A stretch of 64,000 bases of DNA from positions 282,625-346,624 of the forward strand of contig CAVXMK010000014.1 in assembly GCA_963762985.1 (NCBI GenBank). Direction: 5' to 3'. The stretch is from an uncultured Chloroflexia bacterium (lineage in GTDB: Bacteria > Chloroflexota > Chloroflexia > Thermomicrobiales > UBA6265). The position numbers and the translations under genes were made by a program. Positions 35,108 through 44,862 of this stretch are shown here, one piece after another; within the stretch, counting starts at the first letter, position 1, and each line of letters starts with the position of its first letter. A model generated the notes under the pieces. The model was not told the origin of the DNA and did no database searches. It worked only from the letters and a program-made list of their open reading frames with translations.

Positions 35108-35635
35108 ATGGCCGGCAAAGCAACACGGATCAATCGTCGTCGGACGCTGAAAGGCATTGCTGCCGCCGGTGCCGGCGCGGCGCTCGCCGCTGGCGGACCG
35201 ATCACGCCGGTGGGCGCAGCGAAGAAAAAGCCGAGCGGGAAGAAAAAGCCGAGCCTGTACGAACGGCTCGGTGGCATCTTCGCCATCGCCGCGGTCGTCG
35301 ACCGCTTCAGCGACGAGATCATCACCAACCCCAAGCTCAACGTCAACCCCGCCCTCAAGGCGTGGAACGAAACGGAGGCGGCGACCCGATTGCCGGGTCT
35401 GAAGGTGATGCGCACCATCTGGATCGCGTCAATGGCCGGCGGCCCGTTCAAGTACACCGGCTTGCCGCTGGAGGATGCCCACCAAGAGTTCAACCTCACG
35501 CCCGACGAGTTCGCGGAGGTCGGCGCCGAGATTGTCCGCGCGCTCGAGTTCTTCCAGGTGCCGGAACGTGAAATCCAGGAACTCGTGGCCACCTATCAGC
35601 AGTCCATGTCCGATGTGGTGAGTTCGTCTCCCTAG
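35108..35635 (+). CDS. Group-I truncated hemoglobin with RR leader and short polybasic tail
   Basis: GGAGGA precedes the ATG. Leader RINRRRTLKGIAAAGAGAALAAG and GAA|KKKPSGKKKPS tail, then SLYERLGG...VVDRF...GGPFKYTGLPLEDAHQEFNLTPDEF (trHb motifs). Confidence 0.8.
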   Translation: MAGKATRINRRRTLKGIAAAGAGAALAAGGPITPVGAAKKKPSGKKKPSLYERLGGIFAIAAVVDRFSDEIITNPKLNVNPALKAWNETEAATRLPGLKVMRTIWIASMAGGPFKYTGLPLEDAHQEFNLTPDEFAEVGAEIVRALEFFQVPEREIQELVATYQQSMSDVVSSSP

Positions 35636-35743
35636 GGCCGCGCGAAACGGCGGCGGCATGAGGACGATACGCGCACGCCGAGATGCCCTGGACATCGCGG
35701 CGATACGGAGGGAGGAAGTGAGGAAGATACGCGACCATCACAG

Positions 35744-35941
35744 CACGGCGTCGGCAACGTGGTGGTCGTCGTGCTCTTCGCCGCGAGCTGGTTCTTGCGG
35801 CGCGATGCTCCCCTCGATCCCGGGCCCCTACCGTTCCTCGCCCTCGTCGGCGTGGCGTTCGCCCTCGTGACGGGCTGGTTGGGAGGCGAGCTGGTCGACC
35901 GGCTGGGGGTGGGCGTGGACCGCGGCGCGAATCTCCACTGA
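35744..35941 (+). pseudogene. 3' remnant of a DUF2231-like membrane protein gene
   Basis: HGVGNVVVVVLFAASWFLRR...LVGVAFALVTGWLGGELVDRLGVGV resembles the C-terminus of DUF2231 proteins. The frame opens after a stop at 35633-35635 with no plausible start or N-terminal part. Confidence 0.4.
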
Positions 35942-35942
35942 A

Positions 35943-36466
35943 TTGGCACGCGCCGAGCAATACTTTGCCGCGAAGTTCGGTCTCGACTTCGCCGGCGTCG
36001 AGGTCGCCGACGGCCTCAAGATGATCGACAACACCAGCCTCGATACCCGCGGCTTCATGCTCGACCCGGAGCTGCAGTACCGCGCCTACACCATCTCGGA
36101 TCGGACCGTGCCCAGCCGGGGCTGGCTCGTCCGCGACGGCGGTTGGCAGGTCATGATCGGCGAGGGGGCACCACCCTCCACGGCGAATGGGGGGGCGACG
36201 AGGGCGCCGAGGTCCCGGCCGAGTCGATGATGGTGTTCGGCGGCTACAACATCGACGCCGAGGAGGAGCCGATCCTCATCCATTATCAGTCGGGCTCACC
36301 GATCCTGCCCCCGGCGGTCCACGGCATCCAGGTATTCTCGTGCGAGCTGACCCACCCCGAGTGGGGCGAGGGGGTCGCCAACGGCATCATCCTGCCGCCC
36401 GAAGACAGCGGCGACGGCGCCGTCAAGGTCGCCGTCCGCAACGTCCTGACGTTCCCCGGCTACTAA
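35943..36466 (+). pseudogene. Hypothetical protein split by a frame shift in a G-run
   Basis: ORFs 35943..36230 and 36143..36466 fuse into ..GWQVMIGEGGTTLHGEWGGDEGAEVPAESMMVFGGYNID.. if the G5 run at 36164-36168 is G6. The family was not recognised and the start (TTG) is doubtful. Confidence 0.4.
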
Positions 36467-36725
36467 CCGCCCAGGATCGCCGCTCCACCTGCCACGCACG
36501 GGCCGAGCGGCAGAACCGCCTACGCGGGTCCCGGCGTTGCGGGCCCGCGATCGTGGGAGGCGTTCCGCATCGGTGCGGAGGCGGTCGTCGCCTCGGCTAC
36601 GCTGTTGCGCTTCTTGTCCCTGCCACGCCGCCCGGCGCCCCACGAGCGCGTGCAGCGGCGCAGGGGGACGCCATCGCCGCGCGGATGATGCGGGCGTCGC
36701 GTCGCTCTCACGTCCAGGAACTCAC

Positions 36726-38162
36726 TTGACCGTCGCCGCCAACACGGCCATCATCCCCGTATCCGCCCCGGACACTCCGGGGCGGGTTCATGTCCGCTCA
36801 CGTGGAAGGTGTTTGCCATTGACGACCGCGCCGACTGTGACCAACCTCTCCGTGCGGCCCATCCGCCGGGCGCGCCAAGAAGGGCTGCTGGAAGCCGTCA
36901 TCGCCGCACCGGTCGACGGCGACGTGAGCGGCGCCTGGGCCGTGCGGGTGCGCGGCCACGTCCTTTCCGCGACGAGCCCAGTGCAATCGGTGGAGGCGGT
37001 CGTGCCCGGCACGATCCTGGACGACGCCGTTCCCGACCTGCCCACCCCGGAGGTCGCCGCCCGGCATCCCGGTGTGCCGGGCGCCGAGGCGTGCGGATTC
37101 ACCTTGCTAGTCAATACCCTTGGCCTACGCCCGGATTTCGAGTTCCGACTGCGCGCCACGCTCGCCGACGGCACGCGCGCCAAAGTCGCCGTCATCCGTG
37201 GCAAGCGCCGTTCGCTGCAGACGGGATACACGCCGCGTTTGCGGCCGCTGATGGTGAACTCCCTCGGCCGCACAGGCACGACGCTACTCATGCGGATGCT
37301 GACGGCGCACCCGGCCGTAATCGCTTACGCCCGCCCGCCATATGAGGCACGGGGCGGCAAATACTGGCTGCATGTGTGGAAGATCCTGAGCGCTCCGACC
37401 GACGTGCGCAAGCGGGTCGGGGCGCCGATGGAGTTTCACCAGGAGCCCCTGGCCGCGGGCGGCAACCCGTTCTACTCCTCCGCGTTCGCGGCCTGGCCGG
37501 AGGTCGAGACCTGGTCCGGATCGGCCTACGTCGAAGAGCTGGCCGCGTTCTGCCAGCGCAGTATCGACGGCTGGTACCTGGCGACCGCGGCGGCGCAGGG
37601 TCAGGCGATCGAACCGCTCGTGTACTTCGCGGAGAAGCACCTCCCCGACGTTTACCCCCGGCTCATGCGCGAACTGTACCCGGACGCGCGCGAGATTTTC
37701 CTGGTGCGCGACTTCCGCGACATGGTGGCCTCGATGATCGCCTACAACGCGCGCAAGGGGTTCGACGATTTCGGGCGGAACAAGGCGGAAAACGACGAGG
37801 CCTGGCTGGACTACCTGCGCCAGACCTTTCTCGCCCTGCGCAACGCGTGGCGGGACCGCGGCGAGCCGGGAAGTCTCGTCCGCTACGAAGACCTGGTGCG
37901 CGACCCGGAGGGAAGATTGCTCCCGCTTCTGCACTACCTGGGTCTGGACGCGGACCCGCCCACGGTGGCCCGCCTCATCACCGCCGCCGCGCCCGACAGC
38001 CCGGAACTGCGCGGCCACGGCACGACCGATTCCCCCGAGTCCTCAATCGGTCGCTGGCAGCGCGATTTGCCGCCCGAGCTGCGAGCGCTGACGGAGGAGG
38101 CCTTCGGCGAGTTGCTGCGGGACTTCGGCTACGAGCCGGCCCCGGCTGGCCGCGATGACTGA
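36726..38162 (+). CDS. Sulfotransferase-family protein with an unassigned N-terminal region of about 190 aa
   Basis: PAPS 5'-PSB-like NSLGRTGTTLLMRML and 3'-PB-like LVRDFRDMVASMIAYN motifs. A TTG start at 36726 after AGGAA is my choice; the track ORF begins at 36537. Confidence 0.7.
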   Translation: MTVAANTAIIPVSAPDTPGRVHVRSRGRCLPLTTAPTVTNLSVRPIRRARQEGLLEAVIAAPVDGDVSGAWAVRVRGHVLSATSPVQSVEAVVPGTILDDAVPDLPTPEVAARHPGVPGAEACGFTLLVNTLGLRPDFEFRLRATLADGTRAKVAVIRGKRRSLQTGYTPRLRPLMVNSLGRTGTTLLMRMLTAHPAVIAYARPPYEARGGKYWLHVWKILSAPTDVRKRVGAPMEFHQEPLAAGGNPFYSSAFAAWPEVETWSGSAYVEELAAFCQRSIDGWYLATAAAQGQAIEPLVYFAEKHLPDVYPRLMRELYPDAREIFLVRDFRDMVASMIAYNARKGFDDFGRNKAENDEAWLDYLRQTFLALRNAWRDRGEPGSLVRYEDLVRDPEGRLLPLLHYLGLDADPPTVARLITAAAPDSPELRGHGTTDSPESSIGRWQRDLPPELRALTEEAFGELLRDFGYEPAPAGRDD

Positions 38163-38245
38163 ACTTCCTGAACTTCCTGAACTTTTGGGGGATCAACTCG
38201 CACGGAAGTTCCGCATGAGCACTCATGATCACCGCAGCGCCTGTT

Positions 38246-39214
38246 TCATCCACGCAGCCGGGGTAGCACCCGCTCGCCGAATACCTCAATAAACCGCTCC
38301 TGCTCGGCGCGGCAGACGTTGTGCAGATTGATCTCGGCGAACCCAAGTTCCAGATCCTGCTCCAGCCAGCGCACGTGCTGCTCCGGATCCGACGAGACGC
38401 GCAACCTTCGTCGCACGTCCTCCCGCGACAACGCGGCCCCCGCGGCAGCAAACTGGGCGGGGGTGCGCAACTCGGGCAGCGCATCGCTGCCGAGCAGCGG
38501 CGTGCGCCACTGCTCCCAGGCGCCCTGCATGGCGGCTTCGTCCGTGCCGGCGAACGCGAGCTGCGCTTGCAGATAGAGCGGCTTGCCTTCCCCGCCCCCG
38601 CGGCGAAAGGCATCGACGATCGCCTCCATCGTGGCGCGATCGCTCGCCGTGGTGATCAACCCGTCGGCCCAGTCCCCCATCCACCCCGCCGTCTCGGGGC
38701 TGAGGGCCGCGCCGACGATCCGCGGCGGCGTCTCCGGCAGCGAATAGAGTTTCGCCTCTTCCACCTGGAGCAATCCGGCGTGGGTCACCGTCTCCCCGGC
38801 CCACAGGCGGCGGATGATCTGTACCGCCTCCAGTAGTCGCGCGTTGCGCTCCGCCTTGGCTGGCCAGCGCTGGGCCACGATGTGCTCGTTGAGCAGCTCG
38901 CCGCTGCCGGGGGCGATCCAGAAGCGTCCGGGGTACATCTCGCCCAGCGTGGCTGCCGCCTGGGCGATGATGGCCGGGGGATACCGCCAGCCACCGGGCA
39001 CGGTGACGACCCCGAACGACAGCGGCGTCGCCTCCAGCGCCGCGCCCAGCCACGACCAGGCGAACCCGCTGTGCCCCTGCTCGTCGGTCCAGGGGTGGAA
39101 ATGGTCCGAGCACATCGCGCTCTGAAACCCCGCGTCCGCGGCGAGACGGACCAGCCGCAGCAATGCGCTCGGCGGGTACTGTTCGTGAGAAGCGTGATAC
39201 CCAATCCGCGTCAT
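38246..39214 (-). CDS. LLM-class (luciferase-like) flavin/F420-dependent oxidoreductase
   Basis: IGYHASHEQYPPSALL..., CSDHFHPW, GRFWIAPGSGELLNEH. These are typical of the G6PDH-like / non-F420 flavinoid branch of LLM enzymes. Confidence 0.8.
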   Translation of the reverse strand: MTRIGYHASHEQYPPSALLRLVRLAADAGFQSAMCSDHFHPWTDEQGHSGFAWSWLGAALEATPLSFGVVTVPGGWRYPPAIIAQAAATLGEMYPGRFWIAPGSGELLNEHIVAQRWPAKAERNARLLEAVQIIRRLWAGETVTHAGLLQVEEAKLYSLPETPPRIVGAALSPETAGWMGDWADGLITTASDRATMEAIVDAFRRGGGEGKPLYLQAQLAFAGTDEAAMQGAWEQWRTPLLGSDALPELRTPAQFAAAGAALSREDVRRRLRVSSDPEQHVRWLEQDLELGFAEINLHNVCRAEQERFIEVFGERVLPRLRG

Positions 39215-39248
39215 GGAGCCGTACAGGGGCAATTCCCGTGCCAGAGGG

Positions 39249-39368
39249 GCTATGGGCTATGAGCTATGGGCCATCAGTCCTTGGCTCTCGACTACCGGTT
39301 CGCTGGGTCCTTGTCGCCGCGCTGTCTGAATCCGTAAGCTAATAGCCAATAGCCCATAGCTCATAGCT
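39249..39368. repeat. Opposed 7-nt arrays (GCTATGG/GCTATGA)n ... (AGCCCAT/AGCTCAT)n with a spacer of about 65 nt
   Basis: Left array 39249-39272 and right array 39337-39368. At least 15 nt are perfectly complementary (GCTATGAGCTATGGG / CCCATAGCTCATAGC). Lies in a divergent promoter region. Confidence 0.75.
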
Positions 39369-39384
39369 CGTCCCGAGGCATCCC

Positions 39385-41823
39385 GTGTCGCGTAAACCGC
39401 GTGCCCATTCCCAGGATCCGCAGGCAGCCCCGGCTCCGGACCAGGCGGCCCTGGCGCCGGCCGCACCGTTGCCAGCGCCACTCGCGCCCCTCGTCGGCCG
39501 GGACGGTGACATCGCGGCCGTGCGGGACTTGCTGCGGCGCGACACCGTACGCCTGGTGACGCTGACCGGTCCCGGCGGTGTTGGCAAGTCGCGCCTCGCC
39601 CTGGCCGTCGGCGCGGCGGTGGCGGATGCGTTCGCCGACGGGGTGCGCCTGGTGCGGCTGGCGGCCATCACCGATTCCAATCTGGTCGTGCCCACCATCG
39701 CCTCCACACTCGGCTTGCGCGACCCGGGCGGTCAGCCATCGCTGGCGGCCCTGCAAACCGCGTTGCGCGACCGCGAGATGCTGCTGATCCTGGACAACTT
39801 CGAGCAGGTTCTCGCCGCGGGCGCAGACCTGGCCGATCTGCTGCGCGCCTGCCCCGGCCTCAAGGCGCTGGTCTCCAGCCGCGCCCGGTTGCGGCTGCGC
39901 GGCGAGCACGTCGTCCCGGTCGCGCCCCTGGCCGTCCCTGAGGCGGATGCGGTCCTCGATAGCGTCACCGCTCTCGCCTACCCCGCGGTCGACCTGTTCG
40001 TGCAACGGGGGCACGAAGCGCGTGTCGACCCCCTGCGCTCGCCGGAGGACATCGCCGCCGTGGCCGGCATCTGCCGTCGCCTGGACGGTCTCCCCCTCGC
40101 CCTCGAGCTGGCGGCGGCGCGGCTGGACATCCTCCCCCCGCCCGCGTTGCTGGAGCGGCTCGGCCTCACATTGCCCCTCCTGGTGGACGGTCCCCGCGAC
40201 CTGCCCGACCGCCTGCGCACGATGCGCGACGCCATCGCCTGGAGCTACGACCTGCTCGAACCGGAAGATCAAACCATCTTTCGCCAACTGGCCATCTTCG
40301 CCGGCGGGTTCACCCTGGACGCGGCCGAGTGGGTGTCGGGGCTCGGGTCTGAGGTATCAGGGATGGCCCCGCACAGCCAAGCCCCATACCCCGACACCCG
40401 GCACCCGGCACCCGAGACCCTCGATGGCGTCGCGGCACTGGCGGAAGCGGCCCTGCTGCGGGTCGACACGCCCAGCGACGCCGCGCCGCGCTACCTGATG
40501 CTCGAAACCGTCCGCGAGTTTGGCCTGGAGCAACTGATCGTCAGCGGTGAAGACGATGATGTTCGCCGCGCGGCACGCGGCCTGGTGTCTGTCCCTGGCC
40601 AAGCGGGCCGAACCCGAGTTGCTCGGCCCGGAGCAGCGCTCGTGGACCGAGCGACTGGAGCAGGAGCACGCCAATTTCCGCGCCGCGCACGCCTGGCTCA
40701 CCCAGCAGGGCGACGCCGAATCGGCGCTACGGCTGGCCGGCGCCCTGTGGGTCTTCTGGTTCCTGCGCGGCCACCTGCGCGAAGGCTACGAATGGCTGAT
40801 GCAGGCGCTGGCCATCGACGGCGAGGCGCCACCGGCCGACCGCGTCCAGGCGCTCTGGGGGGCCGGTATGCTGGCCTGGGCCCAGGGCGATTTCGGACGC
40901 GCCGAAGCACTCGGCCGGCAGACACGGGCGCTCGCCGAGCAGCATCAGCTTGTCTTCGGTACGGCGTCGGCGCTCTATCTCCTCTTCCTCGCCATCGAGA
41001 TGCAGGGCCGCTCGGAGGAAGCCATCGCCCTGGGCGAAGCGAGCGCGGCGCGCATGCGGGAGGCGGGAGCCCGCGCCTGGCTGGCCTACGTCCTCGGCGA
41101 TGTGGGGACGCGCCTGCTGGTGGAGGGGAGGCGCGAGCAGGGCGAGGCCTGGATCGAGGAAGGTCTTGCCCTCCATCGGCGAGCTCGGCAACAAACAGGG
41201 GATCGGCAACAAGCTCAACGACCTCGGGGTGGTCAGCCAGCAAGCGGGCGACGTGCAGACCGCGGCGCGGCAGTTCGCGGAGAGTCTGCGCTGGTTGGTC
41301 GAGGGTGGCGACGCCTGGTTCCTGGTCAGCCCCATCGAAGGACTCGCCGCCATCGCCGTCCATGCTGGCCAGGCGAGACCCGCGGCGCGGCTGCTGGGAG
41401 CGGCCTCCGCGCTGCGGGAATGGAGCGGCGGCGCTTTCTGGCCGTTCGAGCGCGAGCGCCTCGATCGGTCCGTGACCGCCGCGCGGGCCGTCCTGGGCGA
41501 CGAGATCTACACCCGCGAGGTCGCCGCCGGCCGCGCCCTCCCCATCGCCGACGTGGTGGAAGAGGCAACCGCGCTTGCGGACCTGCCTCTGACTGCCGAG
41601 GCCGTCGCTGCCGCCCCCGCCCACCGATCCCTTCGGCCTGTCGCCCCGCGAGCTGGACGTGCTGCGGCAGCTCGCCGCCGGCAAATCGAACCCCGAGATC
41701 GCCGAGGCCCTCTACATCGGCCGCGGCACCGTACGCACCCACGTCTCCAACATCCTGACCAAGCTCGACGCCCGCACCCGCACCGAAGCCGCCCTCATCG
41801 CCCGCGACCGCGGCCTGGTGTAG
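39385..41823 (+). pseudogene. LuxR-family regulator (AAA ATPase - TPR - LuxR HTH) carrying three +1 frame disruptions
   Basis: Frame A holds Walker [12 protein letters not shown] through ..[12 protein letters not shown]. Frame B (ORF 40547) covers [32 protein letters not shown]. Frame C (ORF 40950) covers [25 protein letters not shown]. Frame A resumes with [47 protein letters not shown], stop at 41821-41823. Confidence 0.75.
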
Positions 41824-42333
41824 CGTCGGGCGAGTCGAAAGTCGAAAGTCGGACGCGTCGTTCTCTGTCACCTGACAGAGGAACCTGCCAAACCCTGCCC
41901 CCGAAATCTGCCACCCCGATTCTGCCTCTTGCCAGAAGTCAGCGCCGCGCGCGCCCGGCATCATCGAACCGTGCCACCGCTGTCTGGCCCGAACCCGGCA
42001 CACGGGCAACGAGAGAGGATGAAACGGGGATGGTCAACCAGTTGCCCATGCACCTTTCCCTCGTGGAGCGCGAACGCGAGCTGCGAGCGTGGCAAAAGGA
42101 ATCCGAAACGCTGCGCGCGCTGGGCGACCGCCCGGCGCGACTGACCGGCCTCCGACGTTGGATCGCCGCGGCCGGCGACCAGATCGCTCGCGTGGTCTGG
42201 ACTCGGAAACCACCGCCGGCACTGGCCGGCGGTGGCCGCGGCCGCACGGAACTTGGCTCCTCGGCGGCTGCATAACCAATCCGGACGAACCGGCGAGGAT
42301 CTGCCCGCCGGCAAACAGGAAAGGACGTGAATC

Positions 42334-43449
42334 ATGGTCGCCGTCATTGCACCGCTCGAACTTCAGGCCGATGCCGTGGCCCGCCGCGATGCGCTGGCGG
42401 AACGCCTCTTTCAGGCGACGCTCGCCACCTGGGATATCGCCACCGTTTTCCTCGGTCACCGCCTCGGGCTCTACCAGGCGCTCTCCGAGGTGGAACCCGC
42501 CACCTCGGCCGAGGTCGCCGCGGCGGCCGGTCTGGCCGAGCGCTACACCCGCGAATGGCTGGAGCAGCAGGTCGTGACCGGCATCCTCACCTGCGAAAAC
42601 CCGAGCGCCCCGGCCGCCGATCGCCGCTACGTTATCCCGGCAGGCCACGAGGTGGTCCTCATCGACGTCGACGATGCGAACTACCTCGCCCCGCTGCCGC
42701 AGATCGTCGTCGGCGCCCTGCACCCGCTACCAGCGCTGCTCGGCGCGTTCCGCACCGGGGCCGGGGTCCCCTACGCCGACTACGGACTCGACCTGCGCGA
42801 CGGCCAGGCGGGGATGAACCGCAACCTGTTCCTGCAATCGCTCGGCAACGAGTACCTGCCGGCCATCGACGACCTGCACGACCGCCTCCTGGCCGATCCC
42901 CCCGCCCGCGTCGCCGACATCGGCTGCGGCGTCGGCTGGTCTTGCGTCGGCATCGCCCGGGCCTACCCGAACGTCATCGTCGACGGGTTCGACCTGGACG
43001 AGGCTTCCGTCGCCGCGGCCCAGGATGTCATCCGCGAAGCGGGCGTGGCCGATCGCGTCGACGTGCTCCTGCGCGACGCCGCCGCTCCCGACCTGGCCGG
43101 CCGCTACGACCTGGTCACCGCCTTCGAATGCGTCCACGACATGAGCGACCCCGTCGGCGCGCTGCGCACCATGCGCCGCCTCGCCGGCGAGAATGGCACG
43201 GTCCTCGTCATGGACGAGCGGGTCGCCGATACCTTCGACCCGGAGGCCGGCGACGTGGAGCGCTTCATGTACGGCTTCAGCGTGCTGCACTGCCTCCCGG
43301 TTGGCCTGGAAGAGCGCCCTTCGGCGGCGACAGGCACCGTCATGCGCGCCGGCACCCTGCTGGGCTATGCCGCGGAGGCCGGCTTCCAGCAGGCGGACGT
43401 TTTGCCCTTGGAGCACCCCTTCTTCCGCTTCTACCGCCTGAGCGGGTAG
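42334..43449 (+). CDS. SAM-dependent methyltransferase with N-terminal winged-helix-like domain
   Basis: VADIGCGVGWSCVGIARAY (motif I), DLDEASV, DLVTAFECVHDMSDP, NGTVLVMDE. Confidence 0.85.
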   Translation: MVAVIAPLELQADAVARRDALAERLFQATLATWDIATVFLGHRLGLYQALSEVEPATSAEVAAAAGLAERYTREWLEQQVVTGILTCENPSAPAADRRYVIPAGHEVVLIDVDDANYLAPLPQIVVGALHPLPALLGAFRTGAGVPYADYGLDLRDGQAGMNRNLFLQSLGNEYLPAIDDLHDRLLADPPARVADIGCGVGWSCVGIARAYPNVIVDGFDLDEASVAAAQDVIREAGVADRVDVLLRDAAAPDLAGRYDLVTAFECVHDMSDPVGALRTMRRLAGENGTVLVMDERVADTFDPEAGDVERFMYGFSVLHCLPVGLEERPSAATGTVMRAGTLLGYAAEAGFQQADVLPLEHPFFRFYRLSG

Positions 43450-43462
43450 TTCGCCGACCCGT

Positions 43463-43487
43463 TGGGCGGCGGTGAACCCGCCGCCCA
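43463..43487 (+). terminator. Terminator-like hairpin
   Basis: TGGGCGGCGG-TGAAC-CCGCCGCCCA, 14 nt after the methyltransferase stop. No T-tract. Confidence 0.5.
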
Positions 43488-43619
43488 CGGCCGACCGGCT
43501 ACCGCGGGCAGAACTGATTGCGCTGATTTCTCGCGCGATTGCGCGTGGGCTGGGGATTCGTGCGCTCGACAGAACCGCGTTCCAGCGTGGCACCGAATCG
43601 CCCATGGGAAGGAATACCG

Positions 43620-44807
43620 ATGAACGACGCACGTTTCGCCACCCTCATCCGCGCCCTGACGGGTGGGGCGGTGACCAGGCGTACGCTTGGCCAGGGCCTC
43701 GCGGGTGGCGCCATCGCGGCCGGTCTTGCCCAGTTCAGGTTGGACACCATCGGCGCCAGGCGCCGGAAAAAGAAGCGAAAGAAAGGCAAGGGCAAGAAGC
43801 GGCGCGGCGGCGGCAATGGCGGCGGGAACAGCGATCGTTGCCAGTTCGAGATCTGCGAAGGGGCGTGCGTCGATCTCGACACTGACGCGAACAACTGCGG
43901 CGCCTGCGGCGACGCCTGCCCGGACGGTTCGCCCTGCGTTGGTGGCTTGTGCGCGTTCGCCGCCGGCGGGGAAGGCGACGGAGAAGGCGAGTTCGACCGG
44001 CCATTCGGCATCGCATTCGACAGCAACGGATTCGGCTACGTCGCCGACGCCAACAACCGGCGTGTCCACCGATATTTGGTTGGCGATTTCTTTGGAACGT
44101 TCGGCGAGTTCGGTGAAGGCGACGGGCAATTCTTGCGGCCAATCGGCGTGGCGGTCGTGAACGAGACCGGCGAAGTCTTCGTTAGCGACTCCGATCTCAG
44201 CCGGATCCAGAAGTTCGACGCGAACGGCGACTTCCTGCTCGGCTTCGGGAACTTCGGCAACGGCTCCGGTCAGTTCAAGAACCCGCTCGCGCTGGCCTTC
44301 GACCAACAGGCGAACCAAGTGTTCGTGGCCGACACGAACAACCACCGCATCTCTCGCCTCAGCGCCACGCTCTTCCCCCTGGAGCGGTTCGGGCAATTCG
44401 GCAGCGGCGAGGGCCAGTTCAACGGCCCGCAAGGCATCGCCATCGACGCGAATCGAAACATCTTCGTGGCCGACACCGGGAACAACCGCATCCAGGTCTT
44501 CGACCTGCGGCGGGAATTCGTGCGGGCGTTCGGCGAGCAGGGCGCCGGGCCGGGGCAGTTCAACGGGCCGACCGGCGTGGCGGTCGATGACCAGGGGAAT
44601 CTCTTCGTCGTCGACACCGGGAACAACCGCATCCAGCAGTTCTCGGTCGATGGGACGTTCCGCAAAACCTTTGGCCGCGCCGGCACCGGGCTCGGCGAGT
44701 TCGACGAGCCGTTCGGCATCGGGATCGACGGCAGCGGGTTCCTCAATGTCGTCGATACGAGGAATGAGCGCGTGCAGTTCTTCATCCCGGCGCGATTCCT
44801 CGACTGA
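43620..44807 (+). CDS. Secreted NHL-repeat beta-propeller protein 1 (RR leader, polybasic tail, one Stig1-like Cys module, six NHL blades)
   Basis: GGAAGGA precedes the ATG. MNDARFATLIRALTGGAVTRRTLGQGLAGGAIAAGLA, then IGA|RRRKKKRKKGKGKKRRGGGNGGGN, then CVDLDTDANNCGACGDAC. Blades such as FNGPQGIAIDANRNIFVADTGNNRIQVF. Confidence 0.9.
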   Translation: MNDARFATLIRALTGGAVTRRTLGQGLAGGAIAAGLAQFRLDTIGARRRKKKRKKGKGKKRRGGGNGGGNSDRCQFEICEGACVDLDTDANNCGACGDACPDGSPCVGGLCAFAAGGEGDGEGEFDRPFGIAFDSNGFGYVADANNRRVHRYLVGDFFGTFGEFGEGDGQFLRPIGVAVVNETGEVFVSDSDLSRIQKFDANGDFLLGFGNFGNGSGQFKNPLALAFDQQANQVFVADTNNHRISRLSATLFPLERFGQFGSGEGQFNGPQGIAIDANRNIFVADTGNNRIQVFDLRREFVRAFGEQGAGPGQFNGPTGVAVDDQGNLFVVDTGNNRIQQFSVDGTFRKTFGRAGTGLGEFDEPFGIGIDGSGFLNVVDTRNERVQFFIPARFLD

Positions 44808-44862
44808 TCGCGGTTGGAGGCGCCCACGGGCGCCCCGATGTCGGAAGCCTCAGGAGGACATT

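Noticed and set aside
41831-41880. GTCGAAA x3 heptamer and CTCTGTCA-CC-TGACAGAG palindrome after LuxR regulator 1 as a terminator.
   Set aside because: The loop is only 2 nt and the stem is short. It is noted as another short-period repeat but is too weak to annotate as a terminator.
42030-42275. 81-aa ORF (MVNQLPMHLSLVERERELRAWQKESETLRALGD...) upstream of the methyltransferase.
   Set aside because: It has a plausible coiled-coil start, but only a weak or distant SD, an Arg/Gly/Ala-rich tail and no recognisable family. The evidence is insufficient to call it.
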